Shown: positions 40,186 to 51,377 of the stretch, one piece after another
Layout of the letters: every line of letters starts with the position of its first letter
How positions within the stretch are numbered: the stretch's first letter is position 1
Assembly (NCBI GenBank): GCA_963845565.1
Contig: CAWJSJ010000002.1
Span: forward strand, 1,760,001-1,824,000
DNA: 64,000 bases
Direction: 5' to 3'
From: an uncultured Methylomirabilota bacterium
GTDB lineage: Bacteria; Methylomirabilota; Methylomirabilia; Methylomirabilales; 2-02-FULL-66-22
The notes under the pieces: generated by a model
The model's database searches: none
What the model was told of the DNA's origin: nothing
The model's input: only the letters and a program-made list of their open reading frames with translations
Program-made: the position numbers and the translations under genes

Positions 40186-40461
40186 TCAGTCGGGGACATT
40201 GCGCTGGAACGCGTGGGCCAGCGTCTCGCGGAGGCGCGCGACCAGGGCGCCATCCGGGCGCGCACATAGGATCACCCGGATGGTGAACCCGCACGTCCGG
40301 CACCGCTGATACCGAAACGTCCACCGCTCCGCCTCCTGCGGTCTCCCGAGGTCTTCCATCGCCGCATAGCAGCAGGGCCCGGACCGAGAGGGGGAGATGA
40401 TGCGCTGCGGATAATGGTTCTGCGGCGGCTTCCGATCCGTGTACTCGACGATGGTGGCCAT
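40186..40461 (-). CDS. Small Cys-containing hypothetical protein (CC...CxxC)
   Basis: GPCC and CRTCGF; GAGG RBS. Confidence 0.6.
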   Translation of the reverse strand: MATIVEYTDRKPPQNHYPQRIISPSRSGPCCYAAMEDLGRPQEAERWTFRYQRCRTCGFTIRVILCARPDGALVARLRETLAHAFQRNVPD

Positions 40462-40580
40462 GGGCGCGTCCTCGTGGGTTGGACGGGTGCGCAACGCGGG
40501 TTTGTTGCGGCGCCCCGACGTGGCACGCCGCCCACCCGGGACTCCAGGTCCTGGTGGACCCGCACGGCATGGGAAGCGGC

Positions 40581-41054
40581 CTACCGCGTTCCGGCACCAG
40601 GGGTGCTGGTCTGCCAGGCCCGCACGGGCGCGACCCCCGCCCCCTCGGGGCTTTCGGAATGCGCGGCATCGGCGCGGTCCCGGGTCAGCGGGTCAATCAC
40701 GGCCTGCATGGCCGCCACCCCGCACGGCTTCCCCAGGATCGCGTCAACGAACTGCCGCTCCGGTTGGTCATGGGGGATGGTCTGCGCGGCCCCGGTCACG
40801 AGGACCACCGGAAGGCGTGGGTGCATGGCTTTCGCGAGCTGGGCTACGTCCCAACCGGTAAGGCCCGGCATGGTGAGATCCGTCAGGAGCAGGTCCACCG
40901 GCGTCTGCCGGAGGAGTGCGAGTCCGGCCGACCCGCTCTCGGCCGCGTTCACCGTGTGGCCGAGTGCTCGGAGCAGGCACGCCATCGTCGTTCGACAGGA
41001 GGGATCATCATCGATGATCAGGAGGCGTCGTGGAGCCGTCACGCGATCTCTCAT
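40581..41054 (-). CDS. Stand-alone response regulator receiver protein
   Basis: LLIIDDD, LLLTDLTMPGLTG, VLVTG and GKP. Confidence 0.88.
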   Translation of the reverse strand: MRDRVTAPRRLLIIDDDPSCRTTMACLLRALGHTVNAAESGSAGLALLRQTPVDLLLTDLTMPGLTGWDVAQLAKAMHPRLPVVLVTGAAQTIPHDQPERQFVDAILGKPCGVAAMQAVIDPLTRDRADAAHSESPEGAGVAPVRAWQTSTPGAGTR

Positions 41055-41533
41055 GGCGTCCTCTGTTGCAATCCGAGGCAAGACCCTGCTTGGAATACGA
41101 TTCCGCGGACCCGCTGTGATGGCGGGGGCGGGATATCCACATTCACCCCACGGGCCCGCACCCTGATTCCGGGGGTCCATCAAACATGCAAGGCCGGATC
41201 CGTCGAGCGGTACGTTGGGCAAGACGAGGTATCAGTTATTCAAATTCAATTAGTTAGGTGTTCTGTGACAACACAGTCTCAATCGAGCCATCGTGGGAAA
41301 TCGCACGAAATATCGGAGGGGACTCCGAACGGTCGGAGTCGGAGTGTGCCCCGGAGGAACGCTGCAGCCCGGTGTCTCGCGGCGGAACACCAGTTGCCGG
41401 CCATCTCTCCGTCCGTGGAGTTTGCCCAGGCCGAGGGCTTGATGGTGTGCGGCCCCAACGCGACCAGGGGGGTCGAACATTCCCCGCGTGACACCCACCC
41501 TCCTTCTGTGATCGCGCATTTCGGGGATTGCCG

Positions 41534-41562
41534 TTGACACTCCTCGACCGCTCCGCTAGGTT
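41534..41562 (+). promoter_or_regulatory. Putative sigma-70 promoter
   Basis: TTGACA-17 nt-TAGGTT. Confidence 0.45.
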
Positions 41563-41715
41563 TCCCGCCGAGGTTCCCGACTCTCCGGCGTGACGGATAT
41601 CGTGGCTTCCGGGGTTCCGTTACCACCTCGCGTGTGGGTGTATCCCCGGTGGCGTCCAATACCACCGCAGAGATCAATGCCTGGTCCATCCTGGGCCGGA
41701 GGACGGAGCGTCAAC

Positions 41716-42960
41716 ATGGCAGAACAGGCCCCGCGGCGGGTGATCGCGGTGACCGAGGGAGTCATCGGACCAACCACTCCGCGCCCCCGAACGATCCGGC
41801 CCAGGAAGCTCTCCGACTTCCGCGGGGTGGCCGCCGTCCACCTCCAGGTCGCAGAGAAGCTGGCGAGCCCGTTGTTGACGGGGCCGCCCGTCTGCGAGGA
41901 GCTCGTGGCCTTCGTCCAGCACCTCTTCAGCGAAGAGGAGGCGGGTGTCGTGCGGCACTTGCGGCAGTTCGTGGGGATGAGTGCCGCAGACCTCGCCACA
42001 GCAGAGCACCGGCCTGTCGACCAGATCGAGCCGATCCTCCAGCGGCTCACCGGGGTCAAGCGCGCGATTGCCGCCAGCGGGCCGCCTGGGGGGCAGAAAT
42101 ACCGCCTGATGCCCATCATGCCCGGCATCTTCGAGATGGTACTCATCGGCGAATCTCCGAAGGCTCTCTCTCCCTGGCATCGGCGCTTCGCGGAGCTGTT
42201 CGAAGCGCTGTACGCGACCGGATACATCACAGACTATCAGCAGGGGCAGACGCGCCCGTCACCGTTTGTCCGCGCGCTCGCGGTCGGCAGCACCATTGAC
42301 GCCCACCCCATGGCGCTGCCGTCGGACCGCTTGGACGTTGTGCTGGACCGCTACACCGTCTTCGGAGTCGGCCAGTGCCAGTGCCGGATGACCATGCAGG
42401 TCGCCGGCAGAGGCTGCGACAAGCCCGTGGGAAATTGCACCGTGATGGGCCAGTTTGCCGAGCAGGGCATCCAGCAAGGCTGGCTGCGACCGGTGTCCAG
42501 GAACAATGTGCTGGAGATCAAGCGGGAAGCCGAATCACACGGGCTGGTCACGTGGATCATCAACGCCGAGGCCGCCAAAGGGCAGGCCTCCTGTTCCTGC
42601 TGCGGCTGCTGTTGCCACGCCATGCGGATGGTCACCGAGTTCAACGCGCCCGGGGTCATCGCGCCGGCGCACTTCCGGCCGCGGTTTGACGACACCCGCT
42701 GCACCACCTGCGGCCAATGCGCCACGCAGTGCCCGATGGGCGCGCTGTCCATGGACGTGCCCCAGCGGACACGCCGGCACTTGGCGGCGCGGTGCATCGG
42801 CTGCGGCCTGTGCGTGGTGGCGTGTGGCGATCGACGGGCCGTCGCCATGGAGCCCGTGCCGGACTACACCTTGCCCTACCAGAGTTGGTTTGCCTACCAG
42901 GTCCGCGCCGCCACCGGCATGGTCAAGAACGCCTGGCAGGTATGGCGGCGCCGCCCGTGA
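41716..42960 (+). CDS. Cys-rich 4Fe-4S dicluster protein
   Basis: CQCR..GC..NC, CSCCGCCCH, CTTCGQCATQCP and CIGCGLCVVAC. Confidence 0.85.
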   Translation: MAEQAPRRVIAVTEGVIGPTTPRPRTIRPRKLSDFRGVAAVHLQVAEKLASPLLTGPPVCEELVAFVQHLFSEEEAGVVRHLRQFVGMSAADLATAEHRPVDQIEPILQRLTGVKRAIAASGPPGGQKYRLMPIMPGIFEMVLIGESPKALSPWHRRFAELFEALYATGYITDYQQGQTRPSPFVRALAVGSTIDAHPMALPSDRLDVVLDRYTVFGVGQCQCRMTMQVAGRGCDKPVGNCTVMGQFAEQGIQQGWLRPVSRNNVLEIKREAESHGLVTWIINAEAAKGQASCSCCGCCCHAMRMVTEFNAPGVIAPAHFRPRFDDTRCTTCGQCATQCPMGALSMDVPQRTRRHLAARCIGCGLCVVACGDRRAVAMEPVPDYTLPYQSWFAYQVRAATGMVKNAWQVWRRRP

Positions 42961-43063
42961 CGCGCGCTCGCTGGCGCCAGGCGTGCCGGCGTTTGCTCGC
43001 GGCGATCCGGGACGTTGTCGCCCTCTGTCCTGCGAACAGGGGGACCACGAAAGGAAGTCGCCC

Positions 43064-43999
43064 GTGGCCGTAATCCACAGCCGCTACCCGGAAGCCGGGG
43101 TCGTCACCATCGACCGCACCACCTGCACGGACTGCGGCTGCTGCGCACAGATCTGTCCCACCGACGTGCTCCGGCTGGATGCCGACCACGTGACGATCCA
43201 CGCGGACAGTCCGCTCGGGTGCATCGCGTGTGGGCACTGCATGATGGCGTGCCCGGAGCAGAGCGTGATCGTGATGGGCCGCGGCCTGTCCCCGGCGGAC
43301 CTGATGCCGCTGCCGCCTCCCAACGAACGCGCCACGGCCGAGGCGTTCGCCGCTTTGCTGCAGGCGCGCCGCAGCGTGCGCCGCTTCACCGACCAGGACG
43401 TGGATTCGGCGCTCTTGGAGCGCATCGTCGCCCTGGCGGCGTCCGGGCCGATGGGGGTCCCTCCCTGGGATGTGGGCTGCGTCGTGGTCCGCGGCCGAGC
43501 AGAGGTCCGCCAACTCGCGGCCGGGATCATCCAGGGGTACGCCGGGTTCCTGAAGGTGGTCCGGCCGTGGCTGCTCACCGCACTCCGCCCCTTCGTCCGG
43601 ACGACCACCTACGAGCGGTTCCGGTCATTCATCCGGCCGCTCGCCGAGATGTACGTCGAAGGCCACCGCCAGGGACGAGACCTCCTCTTCTACGACGCGC
43701 CGGCAGTCCTGGTGTTCCACCATTCCCCCTATGCCGACCTGGCCGACACGACCATCGCGTGCACCTACGCGATGCTGGCGGCCGAGGCGCTGGGCCTGGG
43801 CACCACCATGATCGGCGGCGCAGCCCCCATGCTGCAGCGGAATCCGGCGCTCTGTCGGCGCGTGGGCATCCCACCCAACCACACCCCCGCCATCGCGCTG
43901 ATCCTGGGCTATCCGGCGACGCGCTTCCTGCGAGCGGTGCGCCGCCGCTTCATCGACGTCAAGGGGGTCTCCTCCGGCGCCGAGGCGGGAGCCCGCTGA
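43064..43999 (+). CDS. Ferredoxin-nitroreductase fusion protein
   Basis: CTDCGCCAQICP, CIACGHCMMACP, RRSVRRF and AAEALGLGT; GTG start after AGGA. Confidence 0.9.
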   Translation: MAVIHSRYPEAGVVTIDRTTCTDCGCCAQICPTDVLRLDADHVTIHADSPLGCIACGHCMMACPEQSVIVMGRGLSPADLMPLPPPNERATAEAFAALLQARRSVRRFTDQDVDSALLERIVALAASGPMGVPPWDVGCVVVRGRAEVRQLAAGIIQGYAGFLKVVRPWLLTALRPFVRTTTYERFRSFIRPLAEMYVEGHRQGRDLLFYDAPAVLVFHHSPYADLADTTIACTYAMLAAEALGLGTTMIGGAAPMLQRNPALCRRVGIPPNHTPAIALILGYPATRFLRAVRRRFIDVKGVSSGAEAGAR

Positions 44000-44316
44000 C
44001 GAGACCGGACGCGAATCAGGGGGAACCCAACCGATTCCGCCCGCAAGGGCAGGGGAGCGGCGCGTCGCCCATGTGTCGGGTCGCCGCGCAGTCACGCCCC
44101 AGTCGTCGGTTCAACAGCACCCGCGCGATCCCGGGCCTATATCGGGTCTGCACGGGGAAGCGCCAGGGACTCGAACGACATGCTTCCCAACCATCCATGG
44201 TCCCGTGATCCCGCGACCCCGCGGTGTGGGGGAGGACTCTGTCGCTTGCGGAGGGGAGGCCGTTTCGAGGGTGGGCGCGTAGGCGTTCGGCGCAGAGACC
44301 TTCGTGGGCATGGGCA

Positions 44317-44949
44317 TCAGTGGCCCAGTTGCCAGACCCTGACCGCGTCAACCGGATACAGCAGCATCAGAACGTTTAGGAGGAGGCTGTCCTTGATCCA
44401 AACGAGGAGCACCACCTCCGTCACCAAGAACAGCCCGAGCGAACGCCAGAACCCGAGGTAGCGAGCTATCACAAACCCGACGCCGAAGCTCAGGATGTCG
44501 CCCAGCGAATTCGCGACCGTGTCGCCCTGGTAGTCGAGCGAGGCCGTCACCGCCCGATACCGCTGGATCACGAAATCAGTATTTTCGACGACCTCCCACA
44601 CGGCTTCGATAAGCACGGCGAGCCAGAGCCGCCACGCGAATGGTAATCGTGGGCAAACCCACACGACCAGCCCGCAGAGCACCATGCCGTGGAGCACGTG
44701 CGTGAAGCTGTACGGGTCGATCAGGTGCTGAGAGTTGTGCTGACTCCAGATGTTGCCCGACCAGAGAGACAGTTGGCCGCAGGCGCACCACCAGAGGCGG
44801 CCCTGGCTGCGCAGTTGATAGATGCTACCCGCCATGAGCGCCGCCATCGCAACCCACGGCCAATAGCTCCCTCGGACGCGGGGAACGCTCCGCGCGGGTG
44901 AGTCGCCCCCCGTTGCAGCAGACCCCTTTGGCGTGACCGGCTCGGACAT
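44317..44949 (-). CDS. DUF2585-family membrane protein
   Basis: GRLWWCACG, NSQHLIDPYSFTHVLHG, WEVVENT and YQGDTVANS. Confidence 0.88.
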   Translation of the reverse strand: MSEPVTPKGSAATGGDSPARSVPRVRGSYWPWVAMAALMAGSIYQLRSQGRLWWCACGQLSLWSGNIWSQHNSQHLIDPYSFTHVLHGMVLCGLVVWVCPRLPFAWRLWLAVLIEAVWEVVENTDFVIQRYRAVTASLDYQGDTVANSLGDILSFGVGFVIARYLGFWRSLGLFLVTEVVLLVWIKDSLLLNVLMLLYPVDAVRVWQLGH

Positions 44950-45156
44950 CGAACCTATCTCCGCCTCGCCCAACGTTGGAATGAAGCGGTGGGGCTTTGT
45001 GTCGTCCGCGTGAATGAGATGCTCAGGCCACCCCGACCGAACCCATCCCCGCTAGACCGATAAGAGGTAGAGGGGCTCGCGCTGCGCTGTCCCCTTTTTC
45101 ATCCTTCTGACGAACTGTCACTCCTGGACAAATACCGCCCGGCCGGCCGACGGTGC

Positions 45157-46494
45157 TCACCCGGGACTCCTTATCGCGTGGGCCCGCGGCTCCGCCCGGC
45201 GAAAGGCCCAGCGGAGGCCCACCGGGGCGAGCAGGGTCGTCACCAGTACCATGACCACGAGGGCCGAGAAGACCCCCGGCGAGATGATGGGCGCCCCGTC
45301 GAGCACGAGGCCGCTCCCGACCCCGGCAAAGATCAGGCCGACCTCTCCGCGAGGCACCATGCCCATCCCGACGGCCAGGCGGTTCGTTCCGCCACCTACC
45401 ACCCCGAGCGGGGCGAGCAGCTTGCCGACCAGCGCGGCCACCACCAGTCCGGCGCCCAGAATCAGGGTCTCGCGGTTCGCGATATTCCCCAGTTCCACCC
45501 GCAGGCCCATCATGACAAAGAAGAGCGGGACGAAGAACATCCCGAGCGGATGCATCAGGTCCGAGAGCGTGGCCTCCTCCTCCGGCGTGTGAACCCCCTC
45601 ACCGTAGGGGTCGAGCATGACGCCGGCGGCGAACGCCCCGATGATGTCTGCCAGGCCGATCAGCTCGGCGGCGTAGGCCAGGGTGAAGCAGAGCGCCAGG
45701 CCGACGACGAGCAAGAAACCACGCTGTCCCGTCCACGCGGCCAGGCGGATGAGCGGCGCCGACAAGTACCGACCGAATCCGATCGTCCCCCCGAGAAAGA
45801 GCACGGCTCGCAACAGAATCCCGAGCACCGTGCCCGCGGACACGCCCGGCCCCCCGCTCGCGGCGGCCGTCACCGCGCCGCTGACGATCGCCAGGACGAT
45901 CAGGCCCAGGATGTCGTCGATCACGGCGGCCCCCAGAACGATCTGCGCCTCCCGGCTCTGGGTCTGCCCAAGGTCCTTCAGGACGCGGGCCGTGATCCCG
46001 ACACTCGTCGCCGAGAGCGTGGCGCCGATGAAGACATGAGTGAGCGTGGGGCTCTGCGGCAGCAGCCAGGCCGCGAGGGCCCACCCCAGGGCGAGGGGCG
46101 CCGCCACCCCGATGAGGCCCACCAGGACCGCGGAGGGGCCGACGCGCACCATGGCGCGGAGGTCCACTTCCAGGCCGACGTCGAAGAGCAGGATCAAGAC
46201 CCCCATCTCCGCCAGGACCTGCAGGGAAGGATCGTACCGGACGAAGGCCACGCCGCTGCCGATCAGGAGGGCGGACGCCACGTTCCCCAGAAGGATGCCG
46301 ACCAGCAGCTCCCCCAGCACAGAGGGCTGCCCCAGCCGTTCGCTGAGCATCCCGGCGAACTTGGCCGCGAGGACGAGAATCCCCAGGCTGAAGAGGATGG
46401 GGCCGAAGGCCGGATGGCCGCCCGTCTCGGCCGCCCAAGCGGGAAGCGACAGGGCCGTCAGGAGCAGAAAGAGCGCTGCCGCGAAAGTTGACAT
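45157..46494 (-). CDS. Cation:proton antiporter (CPA2, NapA-like)
   Basis: GQPSVLGEL, ATSVGIT, AAVIDD and GMVPRGEV. Confidence 0.93.
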   Translation of the reverse strand: MSTFAAALFLLLTALSLPAWAAETGGHPAFGPILFSLGILVLAAKFAGMLSERLGQPSVLGELLVGILLGNVASALLIGSGVAFVRYDPSLQVLAEMGVLILLFDVGLEVDLRAMVRVGPSAVLVGLIGVAAPLALGWALAAWLLPQSPTLTHVFIGATLSATSVGITARVLKDLGQTQSREAQIVLGAAVIDDILGLIVLAIVSGAVTAAASGGPGVSAGTVLGILLRAVLFLGGTIGFGRYLSAPLIRLAAWTGQRGFLLVVGLALCFTLAYAAELIGLADIIGAFAAGVMLDPYGEGVHTPEEEATLSDLMHPLGMFFVPLFFVMMGLRVELGNIANRETLILGAGLVVAALVGKLLAPLGVVGGGTNRLAVGMGMVPRGEVGLIFAGVGSGLVLDGAPIISPGVFSALVVMVLVTTLLAPVGLRWAFRRAEPRAHAIRSPG

Positions 46495-47218
46495 GGCCGG
46501 CCCCCGTCAGGTTCCGCGTGACATCAGACGTGGCCGACATCGGGTTGTCGGCTGTGGGAAACAACTAGCACAGGACGGACCATCGAGCAACTGGTGCCTC
46601 GCCGCCCCGGGAAGACACGTTCCGTGAGCCTGCCGGTTGCCGCGCCTCACGATCGGATCGCCAGACTCCGGGAGCCCTCACCGCGGTACGACTCGACGAG
46701 CCGAACATCATTCCGCCTTCCGCGAAAAGGGAGCCGAGCGGCTTCCCCAATTACTGTGCGGTGCGTAAAATAGGCGACACGTCAAACAGAACCGCACAGT
46801 CCGGGGGAGAGTCCGACGAGGGGCGGCGGCCCGCCCCTCTCGGAGGGGCCCGGGGGGAGGGCCGAGCGCTTGCGTCGCATCGGGTGCAAGCGCGAGGGCC
46901 TTCCCCACCAACGGAGCAGCGCGGCGGGCGGTGTAGCCATTATTCCGCGCTGCGGAGTAGCTTGGCAAATGATCCAGGGGATGCCGCGGGTTCGAACCCC
47001 AGGGGGGACCCGAAGGCTCTTGTACGCTGAACATCGCAGGGGTCATACGCCTTTAGAAACGAGAGCTTTCAGCCGCCATTCTGCAAACGGCGGGCGGTGT
47101 GGTCGGGGTAACTCGTGGACCAAGCTGGGGGCCCGGCGAAAAGGCGGTGGGGAGGCCGATCAGGTGCTGTCGGACGTGCGAGGTTGGCGATGTTCCCGAG
47201 CTGGCGTGCCAGGCGGCG

Positions 47219-47642
47219 CTACTTGAAGAGGTCGTCGAAGGCCTGCCGACCGGACCTGGTGGTACCGGCGGCTTTCGTTTCGCGCTCCACGGTCGTTCGA
47301 GGCTTCCAGAGCGTGCAGTCGTTGCGAGCATCCTTCACGGCAATCCTCGCAGCAATCGGCTGCAGGCACTGCAGCCGGGCGCCCGGATCGAAGAACGTGC
47401 ACTGCATACACGCGTGGAGCTCGGCGCCGCACTTGCCGCACCGCGCGTTGCTCACGTCTGCGTTGGACAGCTCGCCCGCGCAGCGCGCGCACCGGATGAC
47501 CTCACGCCACTGCATCAGGTTCAGGGCGCGCGGCCCCTCGGGCTGGTCGGCGCGAGGACGAGGATTTTGCGCCCGCAGGCGCCCGCGGCGTCTTTCGGCC
47601 GTCGTCCTGGTACCCGCGCTGTCGGTACTTCTGGTCTGACAT
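47219..47642 (-). CDS. Cys-rich hypothetical protein; frameshift ~47580
   Basis: MSDQKYRQRGYQ start; CARC, CGKC, CMQC..C..C; ends AFDDLFK. Confidence 0.65.
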
Positions 47643-47810
47643 CGCCCAGTCTCGCCCTCGGTCGCGCGCTCTGCTCCAGCCGGCGCCCGCCCGCGGGCGG
47701 CGGCCGTAAGCAGAGCCTGTCTATGTGGCGGCGTCCCCGAACTGCTCTCGGGTATTATATACGGGTTATCCGCGGGAGAGCACCTCCAAATAGCGCCTAG
47801 AAGCCGGAAC

Positions 47811-48637
47811 TTATTGGTCTTGGGTCAGCCCGCCCGCCACCCAATCCTGTGGCCCGGTCGCACTGCGCTGGAGCCCCCGCTCGCGCTGGCGTGCGGCCCG
47901 TTCGCGATGTTGTAGGTGCCCCCGCTCACGCTGGCGGCGCTCCCGTTCGCGGCGTTGAACTCACCGCCGTTCACGCTGGTGTACAGCCCGCGTGCGGCGT
48001 TCCCCGTGCCCCCGCTGACGCTGGCGTAGGGTCCGCTGGCCTTGTTCTCCCGCCCCCCGGTCACAGTGGCGGCGCGGCCATTGCTGGTGTTGTACGCCCC
48101 CACCACCAGCCCCCCGTACTGGGCGTAATTGTTCCGATCCCCGATCACGAGGTAATGCGAGCCGGTCTTGTGGGAGGTGGCCCACGTCTGACCCGCCCGT
48201 TCGCAGGGTTCCCTGTCGGTGAATTGGCCGTCCGCGCAGAAGTACATCTCGTCGGCCCGGGCGAGGTCGTAGCCGAGGATCAGGTTCCCCCGGCCATTGA
48301 CCGTGTCGGTCTGGCCCGTTCCGTTCACGAGTTGGAGATTCAGGCCCGAGAAGAGCGCCCTCGGCTGGTCTCCCGTGGTGACGGTGAGGTACTTATTCAA
48401 CGCCATCACCTGGCTGGACTTCAGTGCGGCGACCTCGGTCTCCAAGGCGGTCACCTTTGTCTGGAGCGCCGCCACCTTCGCGTCCAGGGCGGCCAGCCGG
48501 TCGAGGAGTTCAGGTGTGGGGGGTGCGGCGGCCAGCACCACTCCGGTCACGAGCACGACGGCGACCACCAACATGCTACCAATGACCATCCAGCGGTTCG
48601 TGGCAGTTCCCTCCTCCCTACGCCCGCCCCAATGCAT
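47811..48637 (-). CDS. Exported coiled-coil protein with ~5 15-aa SVSGG repeats (start uncertain; probable frameshift near the 3' end)
   Basis: Paralog of 53377-55012; the shifted frame gives DWVAGGL, matching the paralog's DWAGGGL. Confidence 0.7.
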
Positions 48638-48706
48638 GGGCGGACGCCGCGATGCCGACCGAAATGAGTACCAGCCACCCTCTATTTGAACACCCCGCTC
48701 CGTTGG

Positions 48707-49102
48707 CTATTTCACCCGTTCATACGTGATCACGGCCCGCGCCATCCGGTTGTCGGGCCGGGCCGCCCAGGCCGTCATCTCTTGGAGGCGGTCGCCGCTG
48801 ATTTGAAACGCCCGGGTCTGCTCCGTGCCCACCCAGGCGGGGTTCGCGGACACCTCCACGGTGGTGATCCACTTGGCGCCGTCCACGCGGTACGGGCCGG
48901 TGTACGCGACCAGGGAGTTGAACAGCCCGACACGATCCTGGTCGGTGGTCGGGGCCTTCCGTCCCTCCCCCGTGATCACCACCGACATACGCCCTTCGGG
49001 CTGGAAGAGGATGTACCCCGTCGCGGTCCCGCCCATCGGGTATTCGCGCTCGCCCGTCGCCTGATACTCCCGCTGGAACGCGACGAGTCGCCACAGCCCC
49101 AC
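48707..49102 (-). CDS. Lipocalin-like domain protein (N-terminus apparently truncated)
   Basis: VGLWRLV, GYILF..GRMS, AYTGPY and PAWVGTEQTR. Confidence 0.75.
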   Translation of the reverse strand: MGLWRLVAFQREYQATGEREYPMGGTATGYILFQPEGRMSVVITGEGRKAPTTDQDRVGLFNSLVAYTGPYRVDGAKWITTVEVSANPAWVGTEQTRAFQISGDRLQEMTAWAARPDNRMARAVITYERVK

Positions 49103-49119
49103 CGAGCGGGGTGCGATCC

Positions 49120-49577
49120 CCGGACCGGGTCAGGGTGACCCGTGCCGATTGATCCCGTCATCGAGGAGGATCTTCTTGCCGTCCTCGCTGATGCTGCCCC
49201 TTGCACGGGCGATGATTCCTCCGACACCGCGCCACAATCGCAACGCGCTTAAACCCAGTCGTGTCTAAATCCCCCTGCAAACCGGGACTCCCGGCTCGTC
49301 CCAGGTACGCCGGTGGCGGGCTGTCCTTCACGCGAATGGCGCGTAACGGCGCCGCCGGTCTGCGTGATTCTCCACACCGTGGGAAAGATTCCAAACCGTG
49401 CCGCCGGTCCGTAGTTCTCGACAAAGGCGTCCCAGTCGCCGCTCAAGTCCCACACGGTCTCCCCGCTCGGCAGCTGGACCTTCGGGCTGCCGTGGTGACC
49501 GTCTGGGGCACAGACCACGCCGCCCAGGCGAGGACGGCGGCGATACCCAGCAGTACGATGACGATCTTGGTCTTCAT
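49120..49577 (-). pseudogene. Frameshifted secreted protein, paralog of 50193-50637
   Basis: LPSGETVWDLSGDWDA..ITQTG; C-terminal RVTLTR. Confidence 0.65.
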
Positions 49578-49665
49578 GAGAGCACCCCTTTCAATTGGGA
49601 GGTAGAGTGTAGGCGATGATGCCTTCCCCATACCCCCTGGACTCCGGCACTCGGGGCGCTGCCTT

Positions 49666-50101
49666 CTATCCGCGTCGCGCTCGCTTCCACACCAGGTGCG
49701 CGGTCTGCACCTTGCCCTTGATGAGCAGCGGCGGGGTGCTGATGCGCAGCGTGTCCCCGGTCAGGTTGACGATCCGCTCCTGGGTCACCCCGGTCCAGTT
49801 CGGGAAGAGGCTCGCGTCGATGTGGTGGAAGACCCGGTCGCCGTTGACCTCGTATCGGCCGCAGTAGGCGATGTAGGTCCCGATGGCGGCGCTCTTTTCC
49901 TCCGATGTCCCGCCAAGGATGTCGGCCGCGCCAAACGGCGTGCGACCCGCGGGCATGAAGGCCACCGACATGTAGCCCTGCGGGGTCGTACATGAGGTAG
50001 CCGATGGGTGTCCGACCGAACGGATAGTCCACCGCCCCGTTCGCATCCACGACCTCCCACGACTCCAGGGTCCAGGTGCCCACCACCGCTGTGCTGTTCA
50101 T
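49666..50101 (-). CDS. Lipocalin-like domain protein; frameshift ~49985
   Basis: VVGTWTLESW, GYLMY, AYCGRY and PNWTGVTQER. Confidence 0.78.
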
Positions 50102-50192
50102 GTGCCGCCTCCGTGAAAAGGTGTAGGGCACCGTTGAATCGCGACACTCGCGTGGCCCGCGCGACATGTTCCGCGAGAACTGGCCTGCTCCC

Positions 50193-50637
50193 TCATGGTC
50201 TGGTCAAGGTCACCCTTAACGACCATCCATCATCGAGGACGATCTTGTTGCCATCCTCACTGATTTGCCCCTTGATTGGCGATATTGGGCTTCCATGGCT
50301 GAATCATCTCAACTCTTTGAAACCGTTCTTGTCTAACTCGCCTCGCAAACTGGGATTCCCGGCTCGTTAGGAGAGGGTGGGGGGTTGTCCTTCAAGCGAA
50401 TGGCGCTAAAGGTGCTGCCGGTCTGCGTGAAGCGATGCACATTGGGATAGTTTCCAAATTCACGTTTGGGCCGAAATGCTCGACGACGGCATCCCAGTCT
50501 CCCGTGAGGTCCCACACTGTTTCGCCGCTCGGCAGCGTAACCATCGGTCCTCGTGTTGCCGCCTGGGCACCGGCTCCGCCCGTCCAGGCCAGGGCGGCAG
50601 CGACAGCGGGTAGCCAGATGGCGCCTTTGGCTCGCAT
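50193..50637 (-). CDS. Secreted hypothetical protein (frameshifted)
   Basis: Signal peptide; LPSGETVWDLTGDWDA; ends KVTLTRP. Confidence 0.6.
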
Positions 50638-50651
50638 AGGGCGCTCTCCTT

Positions 50652-51175
50652 TCACTTGGGAGGCAGGGTGTAGGTCAGCGTCCCTTCCCCATAGCGCCTT
50701 TGATCCTGCTTCCCCGTTTCTCGGCTGGAAGAAACTTTCGTCGCATCCCGTCCAGTGCCCTTGATGCCTTCAAATCGGCCCGTCCCCTTGATGATTTCGC
50801 TTGTCGCGTCGGATGCGGTTGTCACACCCGCTGTTCTACGCCGCGCAGATTGACCCTTGAGCATGATGGTCGAACCATCGGCGAATTTTATGGTTTCATA
50901 GATCGTAGATGTGCCCGCGTCTCTGGTCGAATCATTGAGGCGTCACTCGCTTGATCGTCGCGACTCCCCGTTGTCCAACGACATGAAACCTCCGCGCGCG
51001 CAAGCGATACCGTGTGTCCTTCCACGTCGTCGACCACACGATGTCCTCCCTGATTCATCCAGACGTACGACTTGTAATTCAAGGACTCCGCCCGCGCCGG
51101 CAGGCCGAGCCAAGCATGCCACGCCGAGATCGCGCACATGCCGACGAGTATCCGCAGGGATTGTCTTGTCGCCAT
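50652..51175 (-). CDS. Secreted hypothetical protein (frameshifted)
   Basis: AGGAGG RBS; signal ending ARA; VDDVEGH; IIKGTGRFEGIKG. Confidence 0.55.
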
Positions 51176-51377
51176 GGTTGGTTCCTCCTTGGTGTGTCCG
51201 CAGAGCGTCTGTGTAGTCCCTCTCCCTGCCCTCCGTCCCCACGTTCGCGCTCCCACCGGCGGGCCAGGTGTCGTGTCGCGTGACACGCGACGCCGGGGTA
51301 CGCGACCGCAGGCGACGGAGGCGTTCGCGAACGAGCGCCTACGATCAATGCCCAGACTTCGAGCATCGTCGCGGCGG

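Noticed and set aside
46925..47012. tRNA-like GGGTTCGAACCCC
   Set aside because: Only a T-loop-like motif; I could not form acceptor, D or anticodon stems
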